Shown one piece after another: positions 49,501-62,658 of a stretch of DNA of 64,000 bases. Position numbers and translations under genes: made by a program. The notes under the pieces are model-generated. The model had not been told where the DNA came from. It saw nothing but the letters and a program-made list of their open reading frames with translations, and did no database searches. The stretch spans positions 571,826,001 to 571,890,000 of the forward strand of contig NW_027362761.1 of assembly GCF_046119375.1 (NCBI RefSeq), written 5' to 3'. The stretch comes from Phyllobates terribilis. Lineage: Eukaryota. Numbering within the stretch: the first letter of the stretch is position 1; every line of letters starts with the position of its first letter.

Positions 49501-52500
49501 CCTGTGCGGTGCCAGTATATAGGGGATGTGTCCCGTGCGGTGTAGTATATAGAGGATCTGTCCCGTGTGGTGTAGTATATAGAGGATGTGTCCCGTGTGG
49601 TGTAGTATATAGAGGATGCGTCTCGTGTTGTGTAGTATATAGAGGATGAGTCCCGTGTGGTGTAGTATGTAGAGTTTGTGTCCCGTGTGTTGTGGTATAT
49701 AGAAGATGTGTCCCGTGTGGTGCAGTATATAGAGGATGTGTCCTGTGTGGTGTAGTATATAGATGATGTGTCCCTTGTGGTGTAGTATATAGAGGATGTG
49801 TTACGTGCGGTGTAAAATATAGAGGATGTGTCCCCTGTTGTGTAGTATATTGAGGATCAGTCCCGTGCGGTATAGTATATAGAGGATGTGTCCTGTGTGG
49901 TGTAGTTTATAGAGGATGTGTCCCGTGTGGTGTGGTATATCGAGGATGTGTCCTGTGTGGTCTAGTATATAGAGGATGTGTCCCGTGTGGTGCAGTATTT
50001 TGAGGATGCGTCCCGTGTGGTGTAGTATATAGAGGATGTGTCCCGTGTGGTCTATTATATAGAGGATGTGTCCCGTGTGGTGTAATATATAGAGGATGTG
50101 TCCTGCGTGGTGTAGTATATAGAGGATGTGTCCCATGTGGTGTAGTATATAGAGGATGTGTCTCGTGTGGTGTAGTATATAGAGGATGTGTCCCATGTGG
50201 TGTAGTATATAGAGGATGTGTCCCATGTGGTGTGGTATTTCGAGGATGTGTCCCGTGCGGTGTAGTATATAGAGGATGTGTCCCGTGTGGTGCAGTATAT
50301 AGAGGAGGTGTCCCGTGTGGTGTAGTATGTAGAGGATGTGTCCCATGTGGTGTAATATATAGAGGATGTGTCCCGTGTGGTGCAGTATATAGAGGATGTG
50401 TCCCGTGTGGTGTAGTATATAGAGGATGTGTCCCGTGTGGTGTAGTATGTAGAGGATGTGTCCCGTGTGGTGTAGTATATAGAGGATGTGTCCTGTGTGG
50501 TGTGGTATTTCTAGGATGTGTCCCGTGCGGTGTAGTATATAGAGGATGTGTCCTGTGTGGTGTAGTATATAGAGGATGTGTCCCGTGTGGTGTAGTATAT
50601 ATAGAGGATGTGTCCCGTGCGGTGTAGTATATAGAGGATGTGTCCCGTGTGGTGTAGTATATAGAGGTTATGTCCCGTGTGGTGTAGTATATAGAGGATG
50701 TGTCCCGTGTGGTGTAGTATATAGAGGATGTGTCCTTTGTGGTGTAGTATATAGAGGATGTGTCCCGTGTGGTGTAGTATGTAGAGGATGTGTCCCGTGT
50801 GGTGTGGTATATCGAGGATATGTCCCATGTGGTGTAGTATATAGAGGATGTGTCCCATGTGGTGTGGTATTTCGAGGATGTGTCCTGTGTGGTGTAGTAT
50901 ATAGAGGATGTGTCCCATGTGGTGTAGTATATAGAGGATGTGTCCTGTGTGGTGTAGTGTATAGAGGATGTGTCCTGTGTGGTGTAGTATATAGAGGAGG
51001 TGTCCTGTGTGGTGTAGAATATAGAGGATGGGTCCCATGTGGTTTAGTATTTTGAGGATGTGTCCCGTGTGGTGTAGTATATAGAGGATGTGTCCAGTGC
51101 GGTGCAGTATATAGAGGATGTGTCCCGTGCGGTGCCAGTATATAGAGGATGTGTCCCGTGCGGTGTAGTATATAGAGGATCTGTCCCGTGTGGTGTAGTA
51201 TATAGAGGATGTGTCCCGTGTGGTGTAGTATATAGAGGATGCGTCTCGTGTGGTGTGGTATATCGAGGATGTGTCCTGTGTGGTGTAGTATATAGAGGAT
51301 GTGTCCCGTGTGGTGTGGTATATCGAGGATGTGTCCTGTGTGGTCTAGTATATAGAGGATGTGTCCCGTGTGGTGTAGTATATAGAGGATGTGTCCCGTG
51401 TGGTGTAAAATATAGAGGAGGTGTCCTGCGTGGTGCAGTATATAGAGGATGTGTCCCGTGTGGTGTAGTATATAGAGGATGTGTCCCATGTGGTGTAGTA
51501 TATAGAGGATGTGTCCCATGTGGTGTGGTATTTCGAGGATGTGTCCTGTGTGGTGTAGTATATAGAGGATCTGCCCCGTGCGGTGCAGTATATAGAGGAT
51601 GTGTCCCGTGTGGTGTAGTATATAGAGGATGTGTCCCGTGTGGTGTAGTATATAGAGGATGTGTCCCGTGTGGTGTAGTATATAGAGGACGTGTCCTGTG
51701 TGGTGTAGTATATAGAGGATCTGCCCCGTGCGGTGCAGTATATAGAGGATGTGTCCTGTGTGGTGTAGTATATAGAGGACGTGTCCTGTGTGGTGTAGTA
51801 TATAGAGGATCTGCCCCGTGCGGTGCAGTATATAGAGGATGTGTCCCCTGTGGTGCAGTATATAGAGGATGTGTCTCGTGTGGTGTAATATATAGAGGAT
51901 GTGTCCCGTGTGGTGTAGTATATAGAGGACGTGTCCTGTGTGGTGTAGTATATAGAGGATCTGTCCTGTGTGGTGTAGTATATAGAGGATGTGTCCTGTG
52001 TGGTGTAGTATATAGAAAATGTGTCCCGTGCGGTGTAGTATATAGAGGATGTGTCCTGTGTGGTGTAGTATATAGAGGATGTGTCCCGTGTGGTGTAGTA
52101 TATAGAGGATGTGTCCTGTGTGGTGTAGTATATAGAGGATGTGTCCAGTGTGGTGTAGTATATAGAGGATGTGTCTCATGTGGTTTAGTATATAGAGGAG
52201 GTGTCCTGTGTGGTGTAGTATATAGAGGATGGGTCCCGTGTGGTGTAGTATTTTGAGGATGTGTCTTGTGTGGTGCAGTATATAGAGGATATGTCCCGTG
52301 TAGTGTGGTATATCGAGGATGTGTCCCCTGTGGTGTAGTATATAGAGGATGTGTCCCGTGTGGTGTAGTATATAGAGGATGTGTCCCTTGTGGTGCAGTA
52401 TATAGAGGATGTGTCCTGTGTGGTTTAGTATATAGAGGATGTGTCCCGTGTGGTGTAGTGTATAGAGGATGCGTCCCGTGCAGTGTAGTATATAGAGGAT

Positions 52501-55500
52501 GTGTCCCGTGTGGTGTAGTATATAGAGGATGTGTCCCGTGCAGTGTAGTATATAGAGGATGTGTCCCGTGTGGTGTAGTATATAGAGGATGTGTCCTGTG
52601 TGGTGTAGTATGTAGAGGATGTGTCCTGTGTGGTGTAGTTTATAGAGGATGTGTCCTGTGTGGTGTAGTATGTAGAGGATGTGTCCTGTGTGGTGTAGTA
52701 TATAGAGGATGTGTCCCGTGTGGTGTATTGTATAGAGGATGCGTCCCGTGCAGTGTAGTATATAGAGGATGTGTCCCGTGTGGTGTAGTATATAGAGGAT
52801 GCGTCCCGTGCAGTGTAGTATATAGAGGATGTGTCCCGTGTGGTGTAGTATATAGAGGATGTGTCCTGTGTGGTGTAGTATGTAGAGGATGTGTCCTGTG
52901 TGGTGTAGTTTATAGAGGATGTGTCCTGTGTGGTGTAGTGTATAGAGGATGTGTCCCGTGCAGTGTAGTATATAGAGGATGTGTCCCGTGTGGTGTAGTA
53001 TGTAGAGGATGTGTCCCGTGTGGTGTAGTATATAGAGGATGTGTCCTGTGTGGTGTAGTATATAGAGGATGTGTCCCGTGTGGTGCAGTATATAGAGGAT
53101 GTGTCCCGTGTGGTGTAGTATGTAGAGGATGTGTCCCGTGTGGTGTGGTATATCGAGGATGTGTCCTGTGTGGTGTAGTACATAGAGAATGTGTCCCGTG
53201 TGGTGTAGTATTTTGAGGATGTGTCACGTGTGGTGTAGTATATAGAGGATGTGTCCCGTGTGGTGCAGTATATAGAGGATGTGTCCCGTGTGATGTAGTA
53301 TATAGAGGATGTGTCCCGTGTGGTGTAGTATATAGAGGATGTGTCCCGTGTGGTGTAGTATTTTGAGGATGTGTCCCGTGTGGTGTAGTATATAGAGGAT
53401 GTGTCCCGTGTGGTGTAGTATATTGAGGATGTGTCCCGTGTGGTGTAGTATATAGAGGATGTGTCCCGTGTGGTGTAGTATTTTGAGGATGTGTCACGTG
53501 TGGTGTAGTATATAGAGGATGTGTCCTATGTGGTGTAGTATATAGAGGATGGGTCCCGTGTGGTGTAGTATATAGAGGATGTGTCCCGTGTGGTGCAGTA
53601 TATAAAGGGTGTGTCCCGTGTGGTGTAGTATATAGAGGATGTGTCCCGTGTGGTGTAGTATTTTGAGGATGCGTCCCGTGTGGTGTAGTATATTGAGGAT
53701 GTGTCCCGTGTAGTATATAGAGGATGTGTCCGGTGTGGTGTAGTATATAGAGGATGTGTCCCGTGTGGTGTAGTATATAGAGGATTTGTCCTGAGAGGTG
53801 TAGTATATAGAGGATGTGTCCTGTGTGGTGTAGTATATAGAGGATGTGTCCCGTGTAGTGTGGTATATCGAGGATGTGTCCCGTGTGGTGTAGTATATAT
53901 AGGATGTGTCCCGTGTGGTGTAGTATATAGAGGATGTGTCCCGTGCGGTGTAGTATATAGAGGACGTGTCCCGTGCAGTGTAGTATATCGAGGATGTGTC
54001 CTGTGTGGTGTAGTATATAGAGGACGTGTCCCGTGTGATGTATTATATAGAGGATGTGTCCCGTGTGGAGTAGTATATAGAGGATGTGTCCCGTGTGGTG
54101 TAGTATATAGAGGATGTGTCCCGTGTGGTGTAGTATATAGAGGATGTGTCCCGTGTGGTGTAGTATATAGAGGATGCGTCTCGTGTGGTGCAATATATAG
54201 AGGATGTGTCCCATGTGGTGCAGTATATAGAGGACGTGTCCCGTGCGGTGTAGTATATAGAGGATGTGTCCCGTGTGGTGTAGTATATAGAGGATGTGTC
54301 CCGTGTGGTGTAGTATATAGAGGATGTGTCCCATGTGGTGTAATATATAGAGGATGTATCCCGTGTAGTGCAGTATATAGAGGACGTGTCCCGTGCGGTA
54401 TAGTATATCGAGGATGTATCCCGTGTGGTGTAGTATATCGAGGATGTGTCCCGTGTGGTGCTGTATATAGAGGACGTGTCCAGTGCGGTGTGGTATACAG
54501 AGGATGTGTCCCGTGTGGTGCAGTATATAGAGGATGTGTCCTGTGTGGTGCAGTATATAGAGGATGCGTCCCGTGTGGTGTAGTATATAGAGGATGTGTC
54601 CCGTGTGGTGTAGTATATAGAGGATGTGTCCCGTGTGGTGTAGTATATAGAGGATGTGTCCCGTGTAGTGTAGTATATATAGAGGATGTGTCCTGTGTGG
54701 TGTAGTATATAGAGGATGTGTCCCGTGTGGTGTAGTATATAGAGGATGTGTCTCGTGTGGTGTTGTATATAGAGGATGCGTCCCATGTGGTGTATTATAT
54801 ATAGAGGATGTGTCCCGTGCGGTGTAGTATATAGAGGATGTGTCCCGTGTGGTGTAGTAAATAGAGGATGTGTCCCGTGTGGTGTAGTATATAGAGGATG
54901 TGTCCCGTGTGGTGTAGTATATAGAGGATGTGTCTCATGTGGTCTAGTATATAGAGGATGTGTCCCGTGCGGTGTAGTATATAGAGGATGTGTCCCGTGC
55001 GGTTTAGTATATAGAGGATGTGTCCCGTGTGGTGTAGTATATAGAGGATGTGTCCCGTGTGGTGTAGTATATAGAGGATGTGTCCCGTGTGGTGTAGTAT
55101 ATAGAGGATGTGTCCCGTGTGGTGTAGTATATAGAGGATGTGTCCTGTGTGGTATAGTACATAGACGGTGTGTCCTGTGTGGTGTAGTATATAGAGGATG
55201 TGTCCCTTGTGGAGTAGTATATAGAGGATGTGTCCCGTCTGGTGCAGTACATAGAGGATGTGTCCCGTGTGGTGTAGTATATAGAGGATGTGTCCTGTGT
55301 AGTGTAGTATATAGAGGATGTGTCCCGTGTGGTGTAGTATATAGAGGATGTGTCCCGTGTGGTGTAGTGTATAGAGGATGTGTCCCGTGTGGTGTAGTAT
55401 ATAGAGGATGTGTCCCGTGTGGTGTAGTATATAGAGGATGTGTCCTGTGTGGTGTAGTATATAGAGGATGTGTCCCGTGTGGTGTAGTGTATAGAGGATG

Positions 55501-56243
55501 TGTCCCGTGTGGTGTAGTATATAGAGGATGTGTCCCGTGTGGTGTAGTATATAGAGGATGTGTCCTGTGTGGTGTAGTATATAGAGGATGTGCCCTGTGT
55601 GGTGTAGTATATAGAGGATGTGTCCCATGCGGTGTAGTATATAGAGGATGTGTCCCGTGTGGTGTAGTGTATAGAGGATGTGCCCTGTGTGGTGTAGTAT
55701 ATAGAGGATGTGTCCCATGTGGTGTAGTATATAGAGGATGTGTCCCGTGTGGTGTAGTGTATAGAGGATGTGTCCCGTGTGGTGTAGTATATAGAGGATG
55801 TGTCCCGTGCGGTGTAGTATATAGAGGATCTGTCCCGTGTGGTGTAGTATATAGAGGATGTGTCCTGTGTAGTGTAGTATATAGAGGGTGTGTCCTGTGT
55901 GGTGTAGTATATAGAGGATGTGTCCCGTGTGGTGTAGTATATAGAGGATGTGTCCCGTGTGGTGTAGTATATAGAGGTTGTGTCCCGTGTGGTGTAGTAT
56001 ATAGAGGATGTGTCCTGTGTGGTGTAGTATATAGAGGATGTGTCCCGTGTGGTGTAGTATATAGAGGTTGTGTCCCGTGTGGTGTAGTATATAGAGGATG
56101 TGTCCCGTGTGGTGTAGTATATAGAGGTTGTGTCCCGTGTGGTGTAGTATATAGAGGATGTGTCCTGTGTAGTGTAGTATATAGAGGATGTGTCCTGTGT
56201 AGTGTAGTATATAGAGTATGTGTCTCGTGTGGTGTAGTATATA

Positions 56244-57813
56244 CAGTCATGGCCAAAAGTATTGAGAATGAGACAAATAGTAATTTTTCCAAAGTTTACT
56301 GCTTCATTTTTTGTAATGGCAATTTGCATATACTCCTGAATGTCAAAGAGTGATCAGCTTAACAGCAATTACTGTACTTGCAAAGTCAATATTTGCCCAG
56401 AAAATGAACTTTAACCCCCAAAACACATTTCAACATCATTGCAGTCCTGCCTTAAAAGGAGCAGCTAACATCGTTTTAGTGATTGATCCATTAACACAGG
56501 TGTGGGTGTTGATGAGGACAGGGTTGGCGATCAATCAGTCATGATTAAGTAAGAATGACATCACTGGACACTTTAAAAGGAGGCTGGTACTTGGTATCAT
56601 TGTTTCTCTTCAGTTAACCATGGTTATCTGTAAAGAAACACGTGCAGCCATCATTGCACTGCACAAAAATGGCCTAACAGGGAAGAGTATCGCAGCTACA
56701 AAGATTGCACCTCAGTCAACAATCTATCGCATCATCAAGAACTTCAAGGAGAGAGCTTTCATTGTTGTCAAAAAGGCTCCAGGGCGCCCAAGAAAGACCA
56801 GCAAGCGCCAGGACCGTATCTTAAAACTGTTTCAGCTGCGGGATCGGACTACCAGCAGTGCCGAGCTTGCTCAGGAATGGCAGCAGGCTGGTGTGAGTGC
56901 TTCTGCATGCACTGTGAGGCGGAGACTCTTTGAGCAAGGGCTGGTTTCAAGGAGGGCAGCAAAGAAGCCACTTCTCTCCAGAAAAAACATCAGGGACCGA
57001 CTGATATTCTGCAAAAGGTACAGGGAGTGGACTGCTGAGGACTGGGGCAAAGTCATTTTCTCTGATGAATCCCCTTTTCGATTGTTTGGGACATCTGGAA
57101 AACAGCTTATTCGGAGAAGAAGAGGTGAGCGCTACCACCAGTCTTGTCTCATGCCAACTGTAAAGCATCCTGAAACCATTCATGTGTGGGGTTGCTTCTC
57201 AGCCAAGGGAATCGGCTCACTCACAGTCTTGCCTAAAAACACAGCCATGAATAAAGAATGGTACCAGAATGTCCTCCATGAGCAACTTCTCCCAACCGTC
57301 CAAGAGCAGTTTGGCGCCCAACAATGCCTTTTCCAGCATGATGGAGCACCTTGCCATAAAGCAAAGGTGATAACTAAATGGCTCATGGAACAAAACATAG
57401 AGATTTTGGGTCCATGGCCTGGAAGCTCCCCAGATCTTAATCCCATTGAGAACTTGTGGTCAATCATCAAGAGACGGGTGGACAAACAAAAACCAACAAA
57501 TTCTGGCAAAATGCAAGCATTGATTATGCAAGAATGGACTGCTATCAGTCAGGATTTGGTCCAAAAGTTGATTGAGAGCATGCCAGGGAGAATTACAGAG
57601 GTCTTGAAGAAGAAGGGGCAACACTGCTAATATTGACTTGCTGCATTAACTCATTCTAACTGTCAATATAACCTATTGGTACTCATAATATGATTGCAAT
57701 TATATTTCTATATGTGATATAAACATCAGACAAACACTAATAAAAACCAGAGGCCAGCAGATCATGTGAAAATATAATTTTGGTGTCATTCTCAAAACTT
57801 TTGGCCATGGCTG
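56244..57813 (+). mobile_element. Tc1/mariner transposon, DD35E (Traveler-type), full length
   Basis: TA|CAGTCATGGCCAAAAGTATTGAGAATGA...TCATTCTCAAAACTTTTGGCCATGGCTG|TA; ~28-bp TIRs; 1570 bp; the TA is duplicated within the satellite's TATATA. Confidence 0.96.
56620..57630 (+). CDS. DD35E Tc1-family transposase, open 336-aa ORF
   Basis: GRPR, FSDES, QHDGAPCH and SPDLNPIE with 35 residues between D and E. It ends TGC TAA TAT TGA, suggesting the stop is two codons early. Confidence 0.93.
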   Translation: MVICKETRAAIIALHKNGLTGKSIAATKIAPQSTIYRIIKNFKERAFIVVKKAPGRPRKTSKRQDRILKLFQLRDRTTSSAELAQEWQQAGVSASACTVRRRLFEQGLVSRRAAKKPLLSRKNIRDRLIFCKRYREWTAEDWGKVIFSDESPFRLFGTSGKQLIRRRRGERYHQSCLMPTVKHPETIHVWGCFSAKGIGSLTVLPKNTAMNKEWYQNVLHEQLLPTVQEQFGAQQCLFQHDGAPCHKAKVITKWLMEQNIEILGPWPGSSPDLNPIENLWSIIKRRVDKQKPTNSGKMQALIMQEWTAISQDLVQKLIESMPGRITEVLKKKGQHC

Positions 57814-60800
57814 TAGAGGATGTGTCCTGTGTGGTGTAGTATATAGAGGATGCGACTCGTGTGGTGTAGTATATAGAGGATGTGTCCCGTGCGGTTTAGT
57901 ATATAGAGGATGTGTCCCGTGTGGTGTAGTATATAGAGGATGCGACTCGTGTGGTGTAGTATATAGAGGATGTGTCCCGTGCGGTTTAGTATATAGAGGA
58001 TGTGCCCCGTGTGGTGTAGTATATAGAGGATGTGTCCCGTGTGGCGTAGTATATAGAGGATGTGTCCCGTGCGGTGTAGTATATAAAGGATGTGTCTCAT
58101 GTGGTGTAGTATATAGATGACGTGTCCCGTGCGGTGTAGTATATAGAGGTTGTGTCCCGTGTGGTGTAGTATATAGAGGATGTGTCCCGTGTGGCGTAGT
58201 ATATAGAGGATGTGTCCCGTGTGGTGTAGTATATAGAGGATATGTCCTGTGTGGTGTAGTATATAGAGGATGTGTCCCGTGCGGTGTAGTATATAAAGGA
58301 TGTGTCTCGTGTGGTGTAGTATATAGATGACGTGTCCCGTGCGGTGTAGTATATAGAGGATGTGTCCCGTGTGGTGTAGTATATAGAGGATTTGTCCCGT
58401 GTGGTGTAGTATATAGAGGATGTATCCCATGTAGTGCAGTATATAGAGGACGTGTCCCGTGCGGTGTAGTATATCGAGGATGTATCCCGTGTGGTGTAGT
58501 ATATCGAGGATGTGTCCCGTGTGGTGCTGTATATAGAGGACGTGTCCTGTGCGGTGCAGTATATCGAGGATGTGTCCCGTGTGGTGCAGTATATAGAGGA
58601 TGTGTCCCGTGTGGTGTAGTATATAGAGGACGTGTCCCGTGTGGTGTAGTATATAGAGGATGTGTCCCGTGTGGTGCAGTATATAGAGGATGTGTCCCGT
58701 GTGATGTAGTATATAGAGGATGCGTCCCGTGTGGTGCAGTATATAGAGGATGTGTCCCGTGTGATGTAGTATATAGAGGATGCGTCCCGTGTGGTATAGA
58801 ATATAGAGGATGTGTCCCGTGTGGTGTAGTATATAGATGATGTGTCCCGTGTGGTGTAGTATACAGAGGATGTGTCCTGTGTGGTGCAGTATATAGAGGA
58901 TGTGTCCTGTGTGGTGCAGTATATAGAGGATGTGTCCTGTGTGGTGTAGTATATAGAGGATGTGTCCCGTGTAGTGTGGTATATCGAGGATGTGTCCCGT
59001 GTGGTGTAGTATATAGAGGATGTGTCCCGTGTGGTGTAGTATATAGAGGATCAGTCCCGTGCTGTGTAGTATATAGAGGATGTGTCCCGTGTGGTGTAGT
59101 ATATAGAGGATGTGTCCCGTGCTGTGTAGTATATAGAGGATGTGTCCCGTGCGGTGTAGTATATAGAGGATGTGTCCCGTGTGGTGTAGTATATAGAGGA
59201 TGTGTCCTGTGTGGTGTAGTATATAGAGGATGTGTCCTGTGTGGTGTAGTATATAGAGGATGTGTCCTGTGTGGTGTAGTATATAGAGGATGTGTCCCGT
59301 GTGGTGTAGTATATAGAGGATGTGTCCCGTGTGGTGTAGTATATAGAGGATGTGTCCTGTGTGGTGTAGTATATAGAGGATGTGTACCGTGTGGTGTAGT
59401 ATATATAGAATGTGTCCTGTGTGGTGTAGTATATAGAGGATGTGTCCCGTGTGGTGTAGTATATAGTGGATGTGTCCCATGCGGTGTAGTATATAGAGGA
59501 TGTGTCCCGTGTGGTGTAGTATATAGAGGATGCATCCCGTGTGGTGTAGTATATAGAGGATGTGTCTCGTGTGGTGTAGTATATAGAGGATGCGACTCGT
59601 GTGGTGTAATATATAGGGGATGTGTCCAATGTGGTGCAGTATATAGAGGACGTGTCCCGTGCGGTGTAGTATATAGAGGATGTGTCCCGTGTGGTGTAGT
59701 ATATAGAGGATGTGTTCCGTGTGGTGTAGTATATAGAGGATGTGTCCCGTGTGGTGTAGTATATAGAGGATGTGTCCCGTGCGGTGTAGTATATAAAGGA
59801 TGCGTCCCGTGTGGTGTAGTATATAGAGGATGTGTCTCGTGTGGTGTAGTATATAAAGGATGTGTCTCGTGTGGTGTAGTATATAGAGGATGCGTCCCGT
59901 GTGGTGTAGTATATAGAGGATGTGTCCCGTGCGGTGTAGTATATAAAGGATGTGTCTCGTGTGGTGTAGTATATAGAGGATGCGTCCCGTGTGGTGTAGT
60001 ATATAGAGGATGTGTCCCGTGTGGTGTAGTATATAGAGGATGTGTCCCGTGTGGTGTAGTATATAGAGGATGTGTCCCGTGTGGTATAGTATATAGAGGA
60101 TGTGTCCCGTGCGGTGTAGTATATAAAGGATGTGTCCCGTGTGGTGTAGTATATAGAGGATGCGTCCCGTGTGGTGTAGTATATAGAGGATGTGTCTCGT
60201 GTGGTGTAGTATATAGAGGATGCGACTCGTGTGGTGTAATATATAGGGGATGTGTCCAATGTGGTGCAGTATATAGAGGACGTGTCCCGTGCGGTGTAGT
60301 ATATAGAGGATGTGTACCGTGTGGTGTAGTATATAGAGGATGTGTCCCTTGTGGTGTAGTATATAGAGGATGTGTCCCGTGTGGTGCAGTACATAGAGGA
60401 TGTGTCCCGTGTGGTGTAGTATATAGAGGATGTGTCCTGTGTAGTGTAGTATATAGAGGATGTGTCCCGTGTGGTGTAGTATATAGAGGATGTGTCTCGT
60501 GTGGTGTTGTATATTGAGGATGTGTCCCGTGTGGTGTAGTATATAGAGGATGTGTCCCGTGCGGTGCAGTATATAGAGGATGTGTCCCGTGCGGTGTAGT
60601 ATATAGAGGATGTGTCCTGTGTGGTGTAGTATATAGAGGATGTGTCCCGTGCGGTGCAGTATATAGAGGATGTGTCCCGTGCGGTGTAGTATATAGAGGA
60701 TGTGTCCTGTGTGGTGCAGTATATAGAGGATGTGTCCCGTGTGGTGTAGTATATAGAGGATGTGTCCCGTGCGGTTTAGTATATAGAGGATGTGTCCCGT

Positions 60801-62658
60801 GTGGTGTAGTATATAGAGGATGTGTCCCGTGTGGTGTAGTATATAGAGGATGTGTCTCATGTGGTCTAGTATATAGAGGATGTGTCCCGTGCGGTGTAGT
60901 ATATAGAGGATGTGTCCCGTGCGGTTTAGTATATAGAGGATGTGTCCCGTGTGGTGTAGTATATAGAGGATGTGTCCCGTGTGGTGTAGTATATAGAGGA
61001 TGTGTCCCGTGTGGTGTAGTATATAGAGGATGTGTCCCGTGTGGTGTAGTATATAGAGGATGTGTCCCGTGTGGTGTAGTATATAGAGGATGTGTCCTGT
61101 GTGGTATAGTACATAGACGGTGTGTCCTGTGTGGTGTAGTATATAGAGGATGTGTCCCTTGTGGTGTAGTATATAGAGGATGTGTCCCGTGTGGTGCAGT
61201 ACATAGAGGATGTGTCCCGTGTGGTGTAGTAAATAGAGGATGTGTCCTGTGTAGTGTAGTATATAGAGGATGTGTCCCGTGTGGTGTAGTATATAGAGGA
61301 TGTGTCCCGTGTGGTGTAGTGTATAGAGGATGTGTCCCGTGTGGTGTAGTATATAGAGGATGTGTCCCGTGTGGTGTAGTATATAGAGGATGTGTCCTGT
61401 GTGGTGTAGTATATAGAGGATGTGTCCTGTGTGGTGTAGTATATAGAGGATGTGTCCTGTGTGGTGTAGTATATAGAGGATGTGTCCCGTGTGGTGTAGT
61501 ATATAGAGGATGTGTCCCGTGTGGTGTAGTATATAGAGGATGTGTCCTGTGTGGTGTAGTATATAGAGGATGTGTACCGTGTGGTGTAGTATATATAGAA
61601 TGTGTCCTGTGTGGTGTAGTATATAGAGGATGTGTCCCGTGTGGTGTAGTATATAGTGGATGTGTCCCATGCGGTGCAGTATATAGAGGATGTGTCCCGT
61701 GTGGTGTAGTATATAGAGGATGCGTCCCGTGTGGTGTAGTATATAGAGGATGTGTCTCGTGTGGTGTAGTATATAGAGGATGCGACTCGTGTGGTGTAAT
61801 ATATAGGGGATGTGTCCAATGTGGTGCAGTATATAGAGGACGTGTCCCGTGCGGTGTAGTATATAGAGGATGTGTCCCGTGTGGTGTAGTATATAGAGGA
61901 TGTGTTCCGTGTGGTGTAGTATATAGAGGATGTGTCCCGTGTGGTGTAGTATATAGAGGATGTGTCCCGTGCGGTGTAGTATATAAAGGATGTGTCTCGT
62001 GTGGTGTAGTATATAGAGGACGTGTCCCGTGCGGTGTAGTATATAGAGGATGTGTCCCGTGTGGTGTAGTATATAGAGTATGTATCCCATGTAGTGCAGT
62101 ATATAGAGGACGTGTCCCGTGCGGTGTAGTATATCGAGGATGTATCCCGTGTGGTGTAGTATATCGAGGATGTGTCCCGTGTGGTGCTGTATATAGAGGA
62201 CGTGTCCTGTGCTGTGCAGTATATAGAGGATGTGTCCCGTGTGGTGTAGTATATAGAGGATGTGTCCCGTGTGGTGCAGTATATAGAGGATGTGTCCCGT
62301 GTGGTGTAGTATATATAGAGGATGTGTCCCGTGTGGTGTAGTATATAGAGGATGTGTCCCGTGTGGTGTAGTATATAGAGGATGTGTCCCGTCTGGTGTA
62401 GTATATAGAGGATGTGTCCCGTGTGGTGCAGTATATAGAGGATGTGTCCTGTGTGTTGTAGTATATAGAGGATTTGTCCCGTGTGGTGCAGTATATAGAG
62501 GATGTGTCCCGTGTGGTGTAGTATATAGAGGATGTGTCCCGTGTGGTGCAGTATATAGAGGATGTGTCCTGTGTGGTGTAGTATATAGAGGATATGTCCC
62601 GTGTGGTGTAGTATATAGAGGATGTGTCCCGTGCGGTGTAGTATATAGAGGATGTGTC

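Larger units (their letters stand above)
40762..62658. repeat. 30-bp satellite array, roughly 680 monomers
   Basis: Consensus GTGGTGTAGTATATAGAGGATGTGTCCCGT, continuous except for the Tc1 at 56244-57813. Confidence 0.99.
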
